A stretch of DNA of 60,544 nt, counting the filler, from Platydemus manokwari (Eukaryota): assembly GCA_037951405.1 (NCBI GenBank). It is 6 parts of 6 records of this genome, joined end to end, with 100 filler letters (N's around TTAATTAATTAA, not from the genome) between each part and the next. Parts side by side here need not be neighbours in the genome. Positions count along the whole stretch, not along the records: positions 1 to 9,457 come from JBBMOY011247319.1; positions 9,558 to 18,648 come from JBBMOY011300873.1; 4 more parts are not named here. The stretch is one strand, 5' to 3'. Below are positions 1 through 12,544 of the stretch, piece after piece. Each line of letters opens with the position of its first letter. Positions within the stretch are counted from its first letter, which is position 1. Under the pieces are notes generated by a model, which was not told where the DNA came from, did not search any database, and saw only the letters and a list, made by a program, of their open reading frames with translations. The translations under genes and the position numbers were made by a program.

Positions 1-144
1 AAAGTAATCGACTTCAAGATATATAAATTATATCTACTCCTCCCGACGTATCACACATGCCAAGTCATATATTGTTAAATTCATTAAATCATTTTAATAA
101 TTATTATAATAATTATTAATTATAAATATTAAATATATGATTAC

Positions 145-497
145 TTAAATATACAGGAATATTCATCACATTTGAGAAAACTACTGTAAACTGTGGCCGG
201 TGAACTATTGATACAGAAACTAATAGTATAGTCTAAGGCGGTGAGTCTGAGACTGTTATATGGAAGAGAGAATAATGCCACAACATGGGGAAACAAGTCT
301 GATTTCAACCAATCCGGCATTAGATTCAATCGAATCATTTTCGCTAAACTGTGACAGCATATTTCAACGACTTGTAAATTTGAATCCTGTAAACCTTGAT
401 TGAGAAGGGACTTTATCAAAGTTAGACTCTGAATACCCATGATTCTCACAACCTCTGGTACGCATTTGTAAAATGAAGATCTGACATTGTAATTTAC
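145..497 (-). CDS. PIK3R4: PIK3R4/Vps15 HEAT-region exon; the gene continues past the window start
   Basis: VNYNVRSSFYKCVPEVVRIMGIQSLTLIKSLLNQGLQDSNLQVV matches Vps15 [44 protein letters not shown]. Acceptor ttcag at 498, donor gtaatc at 144. Confidence 0.88.
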
Positions 498-2066
498 CTG
501 AATTGGAAATTATGCATAACATGAACAGAGCTTTCAATCAATATTAGATTTCAAGAAATACATATCACTAGGATTATTATATATACACGCAGGAGAAAAA
601 TATTTCATTGTGTGAAATGAATTTCATTTTTTCCGTTAACAATATTAAACGTAAAAAGAATGGAAACGGAAAAATATCTTTGAATTCAAATGATAAAAAC
701 AAGTACATCTGATGTTTATGTAAAATAGTTGGCATCTTATTTCATTTATGCAAATAAAATGTCGAATAAAACAAATTAATTTTCATAACAAATCTATCAT
801 TTTGTCTCAGAAAAGATGCACTTGAAAAATGTGATTTTGTTTAAATGAATAGAGAGAACATAACAATAAATACTAATAAATCGATAAAACTATTTACCGA
901 ATATAAAAACCTATATATGCCAATTTCCAACTTTTTCATTTGGCGACACAATGAAATTAAGATGACTTGTGTCTTGTACTTGTTTTGAGAATAACTTTAT
1001 TGATAAATTTTAGAGATAAACCAGTCCAAAATTACTGATACGGTATATTAAATTTAATAAATATGAATGTTTTTGTCAACTTTTTATCACTAACAATAAA
1101 TTTCTAATTTTAAAGGACCTTATTTATCTGGTAGAAATATTTCTAAAGTCTATAATAAGCTACAGTTGATTTAAAACCACAGCCATACGTTACGAAATAG
1201 AAATATAAGTTTCTTATGATCGTAGACAATCAAAACATATGACCATTTCTATTTATATTTTCTGTTGATTGTTTTGAGTCTGCCTATTTGTAAGTAGTTT
1301 ATAAACATAATTCATTCATTTTAATGATTATCGATTTAAAATAAATCGATATCGCTAACAACGACCATAATTATTAAAGCAAGCCACAATTCTTCAAAAT
1401 AATTTGCTTTTATTCTCTTAGTTAAATTAAAGAACGGCAAAATCAATAATCAACAAATCCTTGAAAACGCGCGATTTTGAAAGTGCTTTTTAAAATGTAA
1501 ATGTAGTAAATTATTATAAAATTTTGAAAACGGAAATTTCTTGTGTAATATGAATGTTATTCTTGTACAATTAACCAGTTATTGAAACCCATTTGCCGAA
1601 GAAAATATAGCCTGAATTAGATGAAAGAAATTTATCTGTTGAAAAATATATTTCAGGCATTATCAATAGTCGGTGGATATGGTTTCCAAACATAATGTGA
1701 AAAAATCATTGCTTAGTTACTTTTGAATTGAAAGCTAATATGTAATAATAATTCATTAATCACTACTGATGATCCAGTGAACAGTCAATCGGATATAGAA
1801 ATATCACTTTTATCGAGATTGATTTAATAGGAATTCTAATAACACATTTAATATAAAAGAGATCACATTAATATTCTTTAAAAAATGCTTCTTTATATTA
1901 TTAAATAAAAATCGACAGGTGTTTAGCCAGTTTTTGAAAGAATCCTTAATTTTCTCATCAGAATTTCCAATGAAAGATTTTGGATAATGCAGCTTTCACC
2001 AGATTTAGAGAGCATCCTTGGATTTACCACTGAAATGATAGCTTTTGGAGAATATTCTGCTACCAC

Positions 2067-2166
2067 ACAAAAATAGAACCTAAAGTGTAGCCTTTTAGTT
2101 AACCTGAATGTTCTATCACCATACAAAAATAGAACCTATTGTGTAGCCTTTTAATTAATCTTAATG
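2067..2166. repeat. Short tandem duplication (2 copies, period about 55 bp) in a PIK3R4 intron
   Basis: acaaaaatagaacctaaagtgtagccttttagttaacctgaatg recurs as acaaaaatagaacctattgtgtagccttttaattaatcttaatg. Confidence 0.75.
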
Positions 2167-2268
2167 AATTTAGATAACCGCAAGTTATATATGAACAACG
2201 AAATATAAATTTCAAATTTTCCACACAATATTCGTGCAAATATCTGAAAATCAAATTACAAAGCCAAC

Positions 2269-2469
2269 CTTATCATTGAGAAATGTTATCAAATGAGACA
2301 ACAGAATTTCTATTGCTTTGTTTATGCTAAAAAATTCAGCCAAGTCGTTGAGATATTTAGATTGTGCTACATAGCATTTAATTTGCACATCCTCTTCAGA
2401 AAATAGATTCATTATCATATCTCGGAAAAGTTCCCTTAGATGTGATAATTCACTTTCGTAATTGATAGC
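2269..2469 (-). CDS. PIK3R4: PIK3R4/Vps15 HEAT-region exon
   Basis: NYESELSHLRELF...KAIEILLSHLITFLNDK matches Vps15 NYDTELQALHEM...KANDVLLSHMITFLNDK. Phase-0 boundaries ttacag/gttggc, 201 nt. Confidence 0.92.
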
Positions 2470-3595
2470 CTGTAAAATAAAATATGTTAATGATATATTA
2501 TTAAGAAAAGATTGCAATTAATCTTGGATTACGACATTTATTCTTGATTGTTATATCATAATAGCAGCTGGAACAATGCTTGATATCATTGGGTTTTATT
2601 GGTAAATCACAAATGTAATTTTCGTCGTCAAAATTTATAATTATACATTGTTAAAAAGAAGCTTTAACTTTCTTATTTTGAAACGCTATAGTTCTTTTGA
2701 ATAAGAGATTGAGAATTTTAAAAATCAATCAGGTAAAATGGAACAAAAACCTTTACAAAAACACATTTTAATATAAACTTGAACTTCAGTGAAACAAAAT
2801 TATTTACAATCTATTGATTTGAAAGAATAAATCACGTAAAATACTCAAACATGCAGAGCCAAATCTTCACCTTCCTTAAATAGAGGTTTTTCAAAAGTTA
2901 ACCATTTGACAACCTATGTTCAGAAATAATGGGTCAGAAATATTGTTACCAAATTTATTTATTAAAAAAATCATCGATTCTTGTTTGCCTGGTAATTTCC
3001 TAAAGAAATTTTGTGCATATTTCAAACAGGACTTTATGGATAACTTTTCAATATAAACATATATTGAAATTCCATCGACAAGTATTGGTTCCTAATAAAC
3101 GCTCTGTAGAAAATAAAAGCTATAAACAAACGATATTTTAATTTTTCTCTACAATTCTTGCAGTGACCCATAGAAAATTGGAAGATCATAAGATAAAACA
3201 CTGGCTACACAAAAACCCTTTAGTAGAGGTGAGGTACTCCCTTAATACAAATTTGAGTGTCTATTGATTACCAGAACGCAACTATCTAATCATGAAGTCG
3301 TACAAATTTACAATATCACAATAAAGAAAGAAGTCATATTTGTATTTATAATATAAAACTCTGATAAATCCCATCATATGAGATGGGTGAGATTCAAAAC
3401 GGTATCCTTACTGTGAGGGTGACTAGAAGCAATCTATTCATTATATTTGCTTATTTGCTTCTTATCTTTTGAACTTCGTATTTAACATTTAAAACCCAAA
3501 GAAAATATTTTTATAATATACAACTTATACAATAAATTTTCTATTTTAAATAATTGGGAAATTATTGATTTAATTGTGAATAATTCAGAACTTAC

Positions 3596-3932
3596 TATTT
3601 TTTCTTTAGATTTTTGAACAGATTTTTGCAATTTAACACAATTGATGAGAAATCTACAAATTAAAACCATAGACGAATAAAAATTCATGTCGGATAAAAT
3701 ATTTGACCAACCGCTGTGCAGTCTTGGCCAAACAAGGAATGTGTCGAGCGAATGTGTATCTAATTGAAACACTAACATCTTTTTGTAAATCAGAAATAAG
3801 TGGAAGTAAATAATCTGGAAAGAATGAAATATCAGCAGGATTAGTTGAATCGATATTCCGAACAGACAATACAACACAATCTAATGCCGTTTGTCGAACT
3901 TCTGTTGAATTTTCGCTTCCAATAAATTCCAG
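3596..3932 (-). CDS. PIK3R4: PIK3R4/Vps15 HEAT-region exons 3712-3932 and 3596-3653
   Basis: LEFIGSENSTEVRQTALDCVVLSVRNIDSTNPADISFFPDYLLPLISDLQKDVSVSIRYTFARHIPCLAKTAQRF matches Vps15 VRAEAL...NIYPEYILP...[20 protein letters not shown]. Acceptor tttcag, 58-nt intron, donor gtaagt. Confidence 0.9.
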
Positions 3933-4927
3933 CTGAAATCAAACTTGAAATTAAACACGATAATACTGAAATAAGATTAGATTTAAAGAGATTAAATAAA
4001 ACCTAGATACACATAAAATATACTTAACCTTATATATCTTATTTAAACTACATGACTAGTTTGTTGATAGAACCAGTGACAATCCCAACGACTAATCCAT
4101 GTATCGACCCGTTTTGAAATTCTCTCTAATCATCAATATCGTATATAACTACAAATCAACAATCTTATAATTCGATTATTACTATTTCCAAATCCATGGC
4201 GTTTTACTCATCCTTATCAATTACTCGTTGAGCCAAATTCATTTAACGCCACATTTATTTTGCAATGAAAAAGTATTGTGGTAGATAAGTTTAAATTGAA
4301 TGAGATTAAAATTATAACAAAACTTCAATACGTTTTGAAGATATTTTAGTCATAACTTTCCCTTGTTTCGATTCACAATTTAAAGTAAAGTTTTTTAATC
4401 CAGACACCAGACAATAATTAATAATGTTAATATTGAAAAACAATTAATACAACCATGATAAAGCGGCACTGTTTAATTATTATTATAAACATCCTCATCT
4501 AGTATACATCATTTTTTAGATGAAATCAGATTTGTTTTGAAATAAATGAATTTCTGTACTTTAATTTTCAGGTAACAAACTGAAATGCTTTCCATGTCCA
4601 ATATCTGAGCATCGTTTAATAATATCACACAAATAAAACTGAAAAACAAAATGTTTATATATCGATTTTATAAAATTCATTGTATTATATTGAAACGAAA
4701 AAATCTCAATAAACTATTCATTAACTTTCATGCTTTGTCATTCAGAACTATGATCTGATGATAGTCTAATGGTGAAATGTCAGAAAAATCCATGAGAGAA
4801 TTTTCAATACCCGGTTATCATCTTGTTATAATCGATTATTGTGATTGTGACATCATTTCGATAATGCAATGTAGTGCTTGGAAGGATTATAAGAATTGAT
4901 TAATTGACAATTCCAACAGATAGCCAA

Positions 4928-4975
4928 CTGTTAGACTGGTTTCGAAGTGTGTTACACTTATCATCACCAAATAGG
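4928..4975 (-). ncRNA. Degenerate minimal (type I) hammerhead ribozyme motif, Penelope-like
   Basis: The minus strand reads gtgatga-t-aagtgt-aac-acactt-c-gaaac-ca-gtc: core CUGAUGA with one change, a perfect 6-bp stem II hairpin, GAAAC and a GUC site. Stem I is degenerate. Confidence 0.4.
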
Positions 4976-6973
4976 ACCTCAAATCATTTGTTTAATAATC
5001 CAATGTGCATCTCACTCAGTCACTATTACACTTAAAATTTGGCCGTGAGTACCTACCACAACGAAATTCTGATAATAGAACAACATATTCATTAGAGATC
5101 TTTTCTCTTTATTTTAACGCCTAACCTTTTTAATTAATTTAACCTTTTATTTACAGTACACATCAACTGCAATGACCTTCGGATTTGATAAAAGCTGATA
5201 ATATTTATTGCGATTTATCTGATAATATCCATTTTAATTTAAAACTCCATTTTATTAAAACATATTACTGATTCGAATTTAATATTCATATTTTTACAGT
5301 CAGTTTCAGATACAATAAAACCTATTTTACAGAACAAGTTAATTACAAAATAATTACCATTTAAAAGGACATTGAAAATAGAATACTGTATGATAACAAT
5401 TTTGTGATCATGGCAGATAAACTTCTTATTCATTATTTAAAATATATAATTAATCAATCCAATATATTGATTGTAAAAAATTAATATTATCACGATACTG
5501 GATTAGAGAAATTTAAACAGATTACACTTTATTTACTAATTTTAAGTAGTACGTATTAATTTGAAAATTTAATTCCAAATTTTCATTTGTCGACATGAAA
5601 TATTTTAGATAACGGACAATTATAACTTCTTTTGAAAATTCGGTTTGATGTGTAAATAATTTATTGATATTTTCTAAATCAGATTGATCTCGTTCAACGG
5701 ATTTGTAAAATAATTGTTGCAAATCGAATTAAAGTCATTATTTTAGTCCAAATATATTTAAAAGCTGTATTGTATCTAGAAAACAGGATGTCGTGGATGA
5801 ATTTTTCCTGACAGATTGGCAAGGAAATTTATAATTTTTCCTAAAATATATCCCAAATCCATGAAAAAGATATTCATTTTAAAATCAATTTATACAAAAT
5901 TTCTGATTAAAAGATAGATATATCGCTGCTGCGGTTAATCAAAAATTAGTTATAATAATTCCAACAGAGACTTTGAGATTTCAATGGAATCTTTACCTTT
6001 AAGATATTATTAAGTCCATGCTAAGAGTTCTTTACAACTACGCCCAATTTTATTCATTTTATCTTTACGCAGTATCCGGTGTCATTTCAAAATTTGTAAT
6101 TATTAGATATTTATTGAAGGATTAACTTAAATAACCTCGTGCTCTTAGTATTCAGGCATTGTTCCAGTTGTTTCCGAACCAGTTGAAACAAATGGATACA
6201 GAATATTAATGCAATCGTCTTATATTATTCGAAACCATAAACGGTCTTTGTACAGAAAATAAGCAGTCTTACTGATGTAAATGTTTCCTTCGCGAATCAT
6301 TTTAAAACATATCAGAACAAAGTATTTTCCCGTCCCAAATATCATATTTTCACGAATATAAAAGAAAAATTGAAAAGATTGTTTGTATTTTGTAGATAGG
6401 AATCCCACAAAAACATCACCATTCGATCCATTTTTCAAAGTTTCAGCGAAATGCTGTTATCAATAAAATAACACTGAGATACTGTGACAAGATTTTGATT
6501 TGAAGCAACCTGAACACGATAATTTGTTTTCTTCCCGTCATATATATTATCATATATAATCGTATTTAGAAGCCAGTATAATACGATTTGTACCAACTTA
6601 ACTTCGTAATCATATATGGTATTTTTGTAAACTCAGGCCATAAAGGATTTTAGCGAGGATTTTCTGATTAATTGTTGAAGAAAACATGCTCTTATATAAT
6701 CAATCTCAAATATTCCATGCGATTGTCATTAATTAATATCAAACCATAATTAAGATCACCATAGTCTGACACTTCAAGAACATAACCAATCTTCACTTTA
6801 AATTGTTATGCCATTCAATATATTAGAGATAAATTAAATATAAAGTGACAATTTGTTTTAATCCACTCTATTCAAATATTTTTAATAATTAGGTCAAATT
6901 CATGACCTCGAAACAGAATGATAATTTGGGCCAGATCTAGGAAAAATTCCCCATGTCTCTCGTTACAGTATTA

Positions 6974-7137
6974 CCGTATTTTCCTCACCATAAGGTGCAC
7001 CTTAAAATATTTTTTTAGGATTTATTAAGGCTGGAATATTAAAAAGAAAGGTGATGACATTTTAACTAATGAAGAGTTATACATTTTTAATTTAATTTAA
7101 TATATTAATCAGTCAGCTCATAGTCCGAAAAATACGG
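6974..7137. mobile_element. Non-autonomous pogo/Tc2-type (Tc1/mariner superfamily) MITE, 164 bp
   Basis: Imperfect TIRs ccgtattttcctcaccataag and ctcatagtccgaaaaatacgg, with TA on both sides (6972-6973, 7138-7139). CCGTATTTT ends are typical of pogo/Tc2-like elements. Confidence 0.75.
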
Positions 7138-7624
7138 TAATCATCTTTGTCAATAATTGTGATACAATTATCATATAATAATCAATTATGATTAATCAAT
7201 TATTAATTAAAAATATTAATCATTTTTGTCAATAAATTGATATAATTATCAAATAATAATAATCAATTATTAAAAATATTAACCAATAAAAATATTCTTA
7301 TCATGATTTATTTTTATATTTTTCATAATTGTATAGGTTATGCGTTTGTCAACATGTGCCGATTACAGCTGGTAGTCTGTCTATAGATCAATTTCGTATT
7401 TCTTTCTACTCGACATAATGTAATCCCTCATTTAAAAATTGACTTAATAGTTTTAATATCACTGACCACTTGGCCTCGTACACTTGATGTAATTGCATTT
7501 CGGTTCCATATTAGCATATCAATCTCAATAATAATACCCATTATATTATAATTATTATATTATTATCAATAATATTATGATTATAAATATTATCGCTATT
7601 ATATCTCACAATAAATAAACTCAC

Positions 7625-8248
7625 CAGAAACGGAACAATTCTGTCCAACACTAAATCATCAGTCATATAAAGGCCCAACTCTTTCAACATTAATAAAGAA
7701 TTGATTTTATTCTGTTCTTCTTCAATCGTGAATATCGATGCCGTGATAAAATTGACAAACAAAATCAATGTTTCATTTTTAGCATGTCGACCTTTGGGAT
7801 AAGCAAGATAAATTTTCATCAGTTCGGGAAAATCCCTTGAAATTGTATCAAACTGTAACATGTGTTACCAATCATTAAAACAAATACATGTAGAATTTTC
7901 TGATTCGTTTATCCGGATCGGCCATGTTCTCATCCAAAAACTGAACCATATAACCTTTTAAATCGCGATAAAATACATCAGGAAACGATTTTCCTCGCTG
8001 ACTAATAAGACATTCTTCGGCCGTAATTCGTTCCTGTGGAGATAAATTGAGCAATTGTTTGATCATATCCTAATAGACGATCGGTAAATGAACACTTGAT
8101 CAAGTGTAAAAGAGAAACCTGTATGTTGGGATTGTGAATTTTTTGAAGAACACTGTTCAATTTTGTTAAATCTTTATTTCTGTATTTGAGAAGATTTTCC
8201 AAATCGAATGGAATTATTCCATCGGTGAATAATTCGATGAATATACAG
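7625..8248 (-). CDS. PIK3R4: PIK3R4/Vps15, exons 8119-8248, 7888-8069 and 7625-7835 (end of kinase domain, start of HEAT region); more 5' exons not identified in this contig
   Basis: The spliced translation CIFIELFTDGIIPFDLENLLKYRN...DMIKQLLNLSPQERITAEECLISQRGKSFPDVFY...DDLVLDRIVPFL parallels Vps15 [25 protein letters not shown]...QRGNAFPEIFY...ILLDRITPYL. GT-AG introns of 49 and 52 nt keep the phase. Confidence 0.9.
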
Positions 8249-9263
8249 CTGGAAACGATTAGATCAGTTAACAAAGACTTTCATTGGAAAATATAAAATA
8301 CAATACAAGTTCATTTCAAAGATAACACGTTTCTCACATCGATAATTGTATTTTTGATATTACCATTTTATTGGCGGCATAGAATTTGTTATATTGTTTT
8401 TAAGACCTCGCTAATCGAGGAAATGACAATCTCAACAAGGTAATTTAAGATAAACCAATTTCGACACCCATTACACTAAAAATTACCAGAATGGACATCG
8501 ACTACATAATTCTCCCATCGATGAATGTGAACTCAACCCCATCATACCTAATTTCATTTAAATATACCTCTGGACGATTCTGTTGTGATTCATTTTAGTT
8601 TATAACAGTGACAAAATTATATATAATTCATGTTTGCACATAAATTTATTTATATTTTATTGTTTTTAAAATAATCTTCATAAATAAAAAACAAATCTAA
8701 ACCGAGTATAATCATGCCAAGCGTTGGTACGAATGTATCCTCCCTTATATTTCATTAAATTGAATCATTATAAAGATAGACACAGATATTTTGAAATCAG
8801 TTTTAGAAAAATAAATCGGAAAATTACAAGATTTTATCCAGGGAAAAAATTTGAAGAAAAAGGAATTAATCAATGATAATAAAATTGAGATTAAGCCAAA
8901 AATTATAAAATAGGTTCATTTTTCATATGGTAGATATTTGCCGTAAAAGATTTCATAAAGAATTTATCTATTAAATCACATTAAAAGAATTTTTCTAATT
9001 CAAGAATATTTAATATTTGATATTGAATATATTTTTCGATGGCTTTCAAGGTTAGACATGGCAAAATATTTTTCTCGGCCACCGAGGAGAGTCAATTAAA
9101 TATTATTAGACTTTCGTTATTGTTATTGGTGACTACTTCGTTTAAATTTTGAGATTGGTTAGAAGTATTCATTTAGAAGATTTCCGTTAATTTTATTTTT
9201 CAAACAAATAAAAATCTTTTCCAGAGAGCTTTTATCGCCAATCTTTATATATATATATATATA

Positions 9264-9457
9264 CAGGGTGTCCCAAACTCGAGTGAACATTTTAAAAATA
9301 AAAATTTTTTAGAACATAAATTTACCAAAAACATTTATTTTAACACAATTAATAAAATAAACTTTATCAATTTAGGTATGAAATATAATATCCTGTAAAT
9401 GGCCACCATTTTCTTGTTGGCAATTTCCAGCTCTTTCCAATGCATTATACATAGCAG
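9264..9457 (-). mobile_element. 3' end of a mariner-superfamily (rosa/DD41D-like) transposon, cut by the contig end
   Basis: TIR cagggtgtcccaaa abuts a (TA)n run. Minus strand 9372-9455 encodes AMYNALERAGNCQQENGGHLQDIIFHT*, the C-x3-NGGHL-x-DIIF transposase C-terminus. Confidence 0.75.
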
Positions 9458-9557
9458 NNNNNNNNNNNNNNNNNNNNNNNNNNNNNNNNNNNNNNNNNNN
9501 NTTAATTAATTAANNNNNNNNNNNNNNNNNNNNNNNNNNNNNNNNNNNNNNNNNNNN
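9458..9557. other. Artificial contig-joining spacer
   Basis: 44 N + TTAATTAATTAA (stops in all six frames) + 44 N; identical at five places. Confidence 0.97.
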
Positions 9558-9613
<56 letters not shown>

Positions 9614-9629
9614 CATAATAATAATAATA
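9558..9629. repeat. (AAT)n microsatellite at the contig edge
   Basis: About 24 near-perfect AAT units. Confidence 0.95.
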
Positions 9630-9689
9630 CAAACCGGAAATGCTGGTGGAAAAAATTATAAAGCACAAATTAGCAAATTATGACTAATA

Positions 9690-11170
9690 AAAATCATTAA
9701 TACACTTTGACATGGTAATACCATAGAAATTCAAATAAATTCAAATCACAATGACAACATAAAATAACCACAGATAATAAGAAAAATTCAAATTAATCAC
9801 CACACTTACAAAATAGAAGCTGCGTTAACAAAAAAGATCAAATCAGAATTTGCAAAATTTACGGCACTATTTTATATGGGAAAAATTACGCACATGTTCA
9901 AGACAGAAACACAAATTATTCTGACGCAGATTGTCAGGCATAAATATCCCTAATTTAACTCGGATACGTTATAGAAGCACAAAGACTTTGCGGGAGAAGG
10001 AAATTTATTGTTACAAGCATTGTCTCTAAGTGATTATTTTTGGCGTTATTCACTAAGGATTTCATTGTTTCTCAAATCTATATCAGGCATCAGTACAAAA
10101 TGGTAAAAATTATTTTCAATATTATCTCTCATAATTTTGCATCAATTTCCGGTAGAAAATTAGTTTTGAAACAAAAACCAACCCACCCCACAAAGTCGTT
10201 TCGACTTTGTCGGGCATCAAAATCAAAACTTCTTTAGTTTTCATTAGTAGTAGAATGCCATTAGTTCTCTCCAGTGATTTTCACACTTTCAGGACACCAC
10301 ATCTTATTATATTTTAAGATCATACATCAAACATTTGTCAATTGTTATTATATATTTTATTATTATCAGACTTTGTCTATCATCGTTATTATTATCTATT
10401 AGAAGCCAGATTTTTAGAAGAATCATCATCAAATACTCTTCTAAATGCTCATACTAATTTACCGAATAGTTAATAGATCTATTATTGTTGAATCATTCTT
10501 AAATGATATTCTTAATTATTCTCGAATTCATATCTAGAGTTCCATCAATATCTTCCCGAATATGTTCAATTATCGAAACAAATAAATCTGATTTGCTTTT
10601 TTCGTAGAAAAATCATTTACTAGCTATTTATTGAACAAGCTCGTATATTTAATTGTAAAATTTCACTTTAATTAATTAGATTGTTAGAATTTTAAAATGA
10701 TTGAAAATATGCCTGGAAGAGGAGAATAATTTTTTATACATATAATTATCAATCTTGTTTTGTTCGATTATATTACTTGATAAATTACTAACTTCACACA
10801 TTGTTTTCTCCTATCATTAATATTCCTTGATCATTTCAATCATGGATATTTTTATTTTCATTTCAAAATTGACTAGCTGTGCTTGAATATGAGCTATTAT
10901 TTCACAGTAAAAAATATCATAAATTTAGCTCCACTGAACTGTGAAGTCTGCAAGACAAATATCCATCTGTGCTTGGCTTAAATTGAATAAGAAGCTCTTC
11001 ATATAGTGAAGAGATCAAGGTGAAATATTAAAGGAGAATAGAATATCTTAAATATCTTGATAAATTGTCATTCTATTTATTTTTGTTTATATTTTGTGAT
11101 AATATTTAGGATTTATTTATATTATAAAATCGTAACAGCGATAAATTCGTTTGATCGAAACGTGTCAATA
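9690..11170 (+). mobile_element. Heavily decayed Penelope-like retroelement (RT and GIY-YIG remnants)
   Basis: Ordered motif remnants across frameshifts: (D)xGNTIEI about 9710 (ADKGNxxVI), LTQIV about 9925 (LRPIVS), ALFTK about 10045 (SLFTxVP), SPVI about 10268 (GSPLSPV), EALHI about 10990 (end of GIY-YIG), then gatcgaaacgtgtc at about 11155 resembling the 3' half of a minimal hammerhead. Confidence 0.5.
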
Positions 11171-12199
11171 ATTTTTATGTTTGACTACTTTATTGTCGAC
11201 TGCTATTGTATTCACCAATGACATTCACCAGTGTCATCATGAGTACATCGTTGGATTTCAATGTTCTCTAATGAAAAAAGTTTAACAAGACGAATGGTCA
11301 TCTAGAAATAATATCATTTAAATAATTATTTAAATTAGATTTGTCAATATGGATATCTAATGAGATATTTCTTATGTTTATTAGAGTTCGCTGACTGGAA
11401 TCATTCACAGTTCGTAGACAACCAATAGGCAGGTTACGTAGTCTTCATCAGTATCGCTTGGGACCTTAAACACATCATTTCATAGCTCACTTATTGATGA
11501 ATTCGAATCCACAATCATTTGATTCAACTTCATCATTAACTTAGTATTGGATAACATCTATGGTATTTTAATTTCATAAAACAACATGCCAAATAAAATA
11601 ATTCAGTAAAATTATTAAAATGCTTGAGATTTTGTTTTGAAAATAATATATCATTGAAGATTTCTCGCATTATTTCTTTCTGACAAATATTCTTTGATTG
11701 ATAATTTGAAATATCGTGCAAGTGGATCATTAATTTTCAAAAACAATGATGATTTTAAAAGCAATTAATATTTTAATGATCATTTTAAACAGAAAATATA
11801 TTCACATTAAAGATTACAGATAATCAATATAATTTGTTTAATTATTTTGATAATATAGATTTTTGAATATGAGCTATTATTTCACGGTAAAAAATATCAT
11901 AAATTTAGCTCCACTGAACTGTGAAGTCTGCTTCTTATTTGAATTTCTTAAATATTTTCAATTTCTATTAAATGAAATATCAGCAGCTAATATGTAATTA
12001 ACGTAAATGGATTTGATTCTGAAAAGATAAAAAAAAAGAAATGGAAGATAAAGAGTCCAGGGAATTTAGTAAACAAATAGAGATGCGATTCATAAAAGTA
12101 AGAACAAATAACGATAGATGATAAGCAATTTCTAGTTAATTTGTGCCATCATTTTTTTTTACAAAATTTACCACCTTTTCCTTCATGATTTCATCAGAT

Positions 12200-12400
12200 G
12201 ATCTTCCTCATCGCAACTTAGTGGATAAGTATCCAGTTTCTTCAAACTTCTGTTTCCATTATTGCACTGTTGTCCTAGCTGGTTGTGTACGATTGATATG
12301 TTGTTGAAATTCTTAGCAAGCTTTGGCACACTCCGGTACACTATTGCATGGCTAACTATAAACACTCGATCTGCTATCGATAATTTAACATCACCAGCTG
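12200..12400 (-). mobile_element. Mariner (rosa/DD41D-like, DUF4817-type HTH) transposase N-terminal fragment, copy 1
   Basis: Minus strand encodes ADRVFIVSHAIVY...EFQQHINRTQPARTTVQ*WKQKFEETG with a frameshift. The DNA is clearly similar to 38150-38352. Confidence 0.7.
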
Positions 12401-12484
12401 TAATAAAGCAACTGATTACTAAGAAATAAAGTACATTAATCGGTGAATAATAATTAATATTGAGGTTTGTTCCTTTATTTTAGT

Positions 12485-12512
12485 TGTAGAGACGGAGACT
12501 TATGAATCGCAC

Positions 12513-12544
<32 letters not shown>

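Noticed and set aside
3482-3877. 131-aa ORF as a separate gene
   Set aside because: Alternative frame of a PIK3R4 exon plus intron; only 3596-3653 is coding in this frame.
9502-9513. TTAATTAATTAA palindrome recurring about every 10 kb as a biological repeat
   Set aside because: Always centred between exactly 44 N on each side; a synthetic six-frame stop linker.
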